A stretch of 60,737 nucleotides of DNA, taken from positions 1-60,737 of the forward strand of contig CALEGV010000007.1 of assembly GCA_937875785.1 (NCBI GenBank). Reading direction: 5' to 3'. Shown piece after piece: positions 57,864-60,737 of the stretch. The position numbers and the translations under genes are program-made. The notes below the pieces were generated by a model that was not told where the DNA came from, searched no databases, and was given only the letters and a program-made list of their open reading frames with translations. This stretch comes from an uncultured Mollicutes bacterium. Lineage in GTDB: Bacteria > Bacillota_I > Bacilli_A > ML615J-28 > CAG-313. Numbering within the stretch: the first letter of the stretch is position 1; the number at the start of each line of letters is the position of its first letter.

Positions 57864-59439
57864 TGATTTTTAAGGCACATTTTATTCCATCTACAGCACT
57901 AGTGATGATTCCCCCAGAATACCCTGATCCTTCACCAATTGGATAAATTTTTTTAATATTTGTTTGATATGTTTCATCTCTTGTGATTTGAACAGGACTT
58001 GATGATCTTGTTTCAACAGCCGTTAACACGGCATCATCATAAGCAAAATGATTCATCTTTTTGTCAAAATGAAGAATTGCCTCTTGAATATTATCACATA
58101 GCCAAGTTGGCAAAATATCATAAAGATTACATCCAATATATCCTGGCTGGATTGTAGGTTTCACACTTCCAAATTGTATTGTAGAAATATTCTTTTTAAA
58201 ATCTTTATACATTTGACATGGTGCATAAAAATTGTTCGCCAAAGCATATGCTTTATTTTCTAATTCTCTTTGAAATTTTAATCCATCTAGGGGACTATTT
58301 TGATAATAATCCTCTGGTTTAATCTCAACGAGGATAGCTGCATTTGCATTTTTTCCATCACGACGAGAATTACTCATACCATTTACAACTAAATGCTGGT
58401 CATCGCTACTTGCGTTTACAACAAATCCTCCTGGACACATACAAAAAGAATAGGCAGCACGTCCATTTGAAAGATGTGTTACAAGTTTATATGAAGCAGG
58501 AGGAAGAAATTTAGACGCATCATGGTATAGCAATGCATCAATCAATGATTGGGGATGTTCCATTCTTACTCCAATTGCAAAGGCTTTTGGCCTCAAATTG
58601 ACTCCTATATTGCATAACATTTGATATGTATCTTCAGCACTATGTCCAATTGCCAACACCACCCCATGATATTGTTTTTCCATTTTATCCTTATTTTCAA
58701 GAATAGTGGATATATTATAATTTTCCTCTTTCATTTCAATAAGTTTTGTTTCAAAAAGAAGTTCAACACCAAGTCTTCCCAATTCTTCTCTTATATTTTT
58801 TATAATTTTCCTTAATTCATCGGTTCCTATATGTGGCTTTGCTTCATATAGGATGTTAGGGTTAGCTCCAAATTCAACAAAAATTTTTAAAACTTCATTC
58901 GTAAATGTTATCGTATTTCCTGTATTCAACTTTCCATCAGAAAAAGTGCCTGCTCCCCCTTCACCAAACTGAACATTTGATTCTTTGTTTAACACCCCTG
59001 TTTGAAAAAAACATTCAACATCTTTGAAACGCTCCTCAACTTTTTTTCCTCTATCAATAAGCGTTACCTTTGCACCACTTTTTGCCAGAATGAGTGCATT
59101 AAACAATCCAGCTGGTCCCATTCCAACAACTAAATAATGTCTATTTTCCTGAATACGTGGTATTTCTAAATGACTAGGGAGATGGGGTTTTAACCCTCCA
59201 TCTTTTTCATATTTTTTTAACAACTTACTTTCTAAATCTCTTTTGCAAGAAAAACCAACTGTTAAAATATACATTGCTTTTTTTCTTGCATCAATACTTT
59301 TTTTTAATAAAAAGATATTGCTAATATCACAAGATTGTAATTTAAATTTTTTTATAATATGTGCTTTTGCATATTCTAATAAAGTGGTATCCGTTACTTT
59401 ACAATTGATTTCATATTTTATTCCTTGGTATTTTAACAT
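57835..59439 (-). CDS. NAD(P)/FAD-dependent oxidoreductase (uncharacterised FAD-dehydrogenase family)
   Basis: 534 aa. VVGMGPAGLFNALILAKSGAKVTLIDRG. Confidence 0.7.
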   Translation of the reverse strand: MLKYQGIKYEINCKVTDTTLLEYAKAHIIKKFKLQSCDISNIFLLKKSIDARKKAMYILTVGFSCKRDLESKLLKKYEKDGGLKPHLPSHLEIPRIQENRHYLVVGMGPAGLFNALILAKSGAKVTLIDRGKKVEERFKDVECFFQTGVLNKESNVQFGEGGAGTFSDGKLNTGNTITFTNEVLKIFVEFGANPNILYEAKPHIGTDELRKIIKNIREELGRLGVELLFETKLIEMKEENYNISTILENKDKMEKQYHGVVLAIGHSAEDTYQMLCNIGVNLRPKAFAIGVRMEHPQSLIDALLYHDASKFLPPASYKLVTHLSNGRAAYSFCMCPGGFVVNASSDDQHLVVNGMSNSRRDGKNANAAILVEIKPEDYYQNSPLDGLKFQRELENKAYALANNFYAPCQMYKDFKKNISTIQFGSVKPTIQPGYIGCNLYDILPTWLCDNIQEAILHFDKKMNHFAYDDAVLTAVETRSSSPVQITRDETYQTNIKKIYPIGEGSGYSGGIITSAVDGIKCALKIIEEVNNGKS

Positions 59440-60584
59440 AGTCTTTCTTTCTCTATTATTCTATTAGATGACGATATTGCACTTGCAATTGCAAAATGAA
59501 GATTATAGCCACCACAAGGACCATCAACATCGAGCAGTTCCCCAATAATATACAGATTAGGCATTTTTTTGCATTCAAGATTTTCATCTACTTCCTTGCT
59601 ATCTACTCCCCCAAGAGTGACTTGTGCCCTCTCTAACCCATAATTGGCAATCACATGGATAGGATAATGTTTGATTAAATGAACCATTTCTTCTATAGTT
59701 GTACTACTATTCTTTACTTTTTGAGCAATCATTTTAGGCAAAATACAAATTAAATCAAAGTGACAAAGAAATTCCTTTATGTCTTTTTCTAAAAGTTCTG
59801 GTAACAAATCCAATTCGATTGTATATTCATTTGTTTTTCTTAATAATTTTCTTGAGGCATTCATTACTACAATTCCACTAATCCCATCTTCCTTAAATTG
59901 TACTTCTCCTTGTTCCCTAAATATGATGTCTTCATGATGAAAAATAGATAATACACATTTTTGTCTTAATCCGTTTAATCCCCTTACATCAGATGGCATG
60001 GTTTTAAAGCCCACTAAACCTGGATGAATATCGGTAATTTGAATACCAAGTGGTTGCAAGAGATGATATCCCTCTTGATTAGATCCAAAAACAGGTGATG
60101 CCCCTCCTCCTGTTGCAACTACAATAATATCGAAATCACAAATCTCTTGGTCAGTTGTAATTTGATACTTGTCTTTTTTTCTTATAATTTTTTTTACAGG
60201 ATGATTTGTATAAACATAAATGTGATATTTTTTTAGATTAAGTAACAATATATCTAATACTGTATTGGAACTATCTGTTATTGGATATATTCTGCCTGCC
60301 GTATCATGATGGGTTATCAATCCGATTTCTCTTAATTCTCTTATAATATCATTGGGTGAATATTGACTACTAATCTTTTTTCCCAATTCATTATTATATA
60401 AAGAAGAATCTAAATATGTATTAGATAAATTGCATTTTCCATTCCCAGTTGCTAAAAGTTTTTTCCCAACACGATCCATTTTTTCATATATGGATACTTC
60501 TACTGAATTCATCAATGTTTTTTTTAAACGAATTGCTGCGATAATTCCTGCTGGTCCTCCACCAATGATTGCAATTTTTTTCAT
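59433..60584 (-). CDS. HI0933/BaiN-like FAD-binding protein
   Basis: IAIIGGGPAGIIAA, ATGGGASP, and C-terminal GELLDVDGPCGGYNL. Confidence 0.75.
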   Translation of the reverse strand: MKKIAIIGGGPAGIIAAIRLKKTLMNSVEVSIYEKMDRVGKKLLATGNGKCNLSNTYLDSSLYNNELGKKISSQYSPNDIIRELREIGLITHHDTAGRIYPITDSSNTVLDILLLNLKKYHIYVYTNHPVKKIIRKKDKYQITTDQEICDFDIIVVATGGGASPVFGSNQEGYHLLQPLGIQITDIHPGLVGFKTMPSDVRGLNGLRQKCVLSIFHHEDIIFREQGEVQFKEDGISGIVVMNASRKLLRKTNEYTIELDLLPELLEKDIKEFLCHFDLICILPKMIAQKVKNSSTTIEEMVHLIKHYPIHVIANYGLERAQVTLGGVDSKEVDENLECKKMPNLYIIGELLDVDGPCGGYNLHFAIASAISSSNRIIEKERLC

Positions 60585-60737
60585 AAATTTCTCACCTAAT
60601 CCTCATTATTTATATATTATATCAAAAAGAAAAAGAAAGTTCAACTTTCTAGAGTTTAAACTTTCTTTTCACTCATATTTTATTTTGATTTGACATATAA
60701 ATGATAAACGATTTTCCATCTAATTTTTATCTTTTTT

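Noticed and set aside
1-60737. CRISPR arrays, tRNA/rRNA genes, group II introns or retron-type RT elements, prophage structural genes
   Set aside because: No spaced direct-repeat arrays, no cloverleaf-like or rRNA-like GC-rich segments, and no reverse-transcriptase, capsid or terminase ORFs were seen.
1-60737. Alternative genetic code (UGA as Trp), considered because of the very low GC
   Set aside because: Long family-consistent ORFs terminate at TGA (for example 10556-10558), and Trp positions are encoded by TGG. The standard bacterial code fits.

Overview
Low-GC (about 30%) Bacillota chromosome segment. An alpha/beta-type SASP gene indicates an endospore former; the gene content suggests a gut anaerobe of the Erysipelotrichales/Clostridia type, which is inference only. 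Nearly all genes are on the minus strand. No rRNA, tRNA or CRISPR array was seen.

Layout:
- 1-12.0 kb: accessory/mobile block. It holds a frameshifted large serine recombinase running off the left edge, a MobL-type relaxase with an RHH partner, a wHTH protein, and a frameshifted HEPN/Toprim-associated Toprim protein. It also holds a six-gene operon of unrecognisable, partly membrane proteins, a frameshifted IS110-family element, and an orphan RHS C-terminal toxin tip with a glycine-zipper domain plus a multi-TM immunity candidate.
- 12.1-24.1 kb: housekeeping. TrmH/SpoU methyltransferase, SASP, thiI plus cysteine desulfurase, a TSCPD protein, a Zn-type ABC importer, a membrane-XRE/HAD/TPR/Zn-ribbon operon, and Hsp20.
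- 24.2-42.6 kb: Wzx/Wzy-dependent surface-polysaccharide locus. It has a PglF/PglE/PglC-like amino-sugar branch without an acetyltransferase, WecB, a TviB-like uronic-acid dehydrogenase, GalE, GalU and an anomeric sugar kinase. It is flanked by the lipid-carrier genes DUF368 and UppP.
- 43-53 kb: redox and metabolism. PerR plus a flavin-reductase/rubredoxin/rubrerythrin fusion, PAP2, orphan OadB/OadG-like subunits, an FAD/Rieske protein, an AGCS symporter, dapF, and an RlmI-like methyltransferase.
- 53.2-55.7 kb: a self-contained plus-strand islet. An XRE repressor with palindromic operators is followed by an IbrA-like PAPS-reductase/DUF3440 protein and an IbrB-like ParB/Srx protein.
- 55.8-60.6 kb: GNAT, a YtxK-like methyltransferase and two FAD proteins.

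Best candidates for under-described biology: the XRE-IbrA-IbrB-like islet, the recodable HEPN/Toprim gene with the six-gene orphan operon, and the orphan RHS glycine-zipper toxin/immunity pair next to the IS110 element. All family assignments come from motif recognition by eye; no searches were run.
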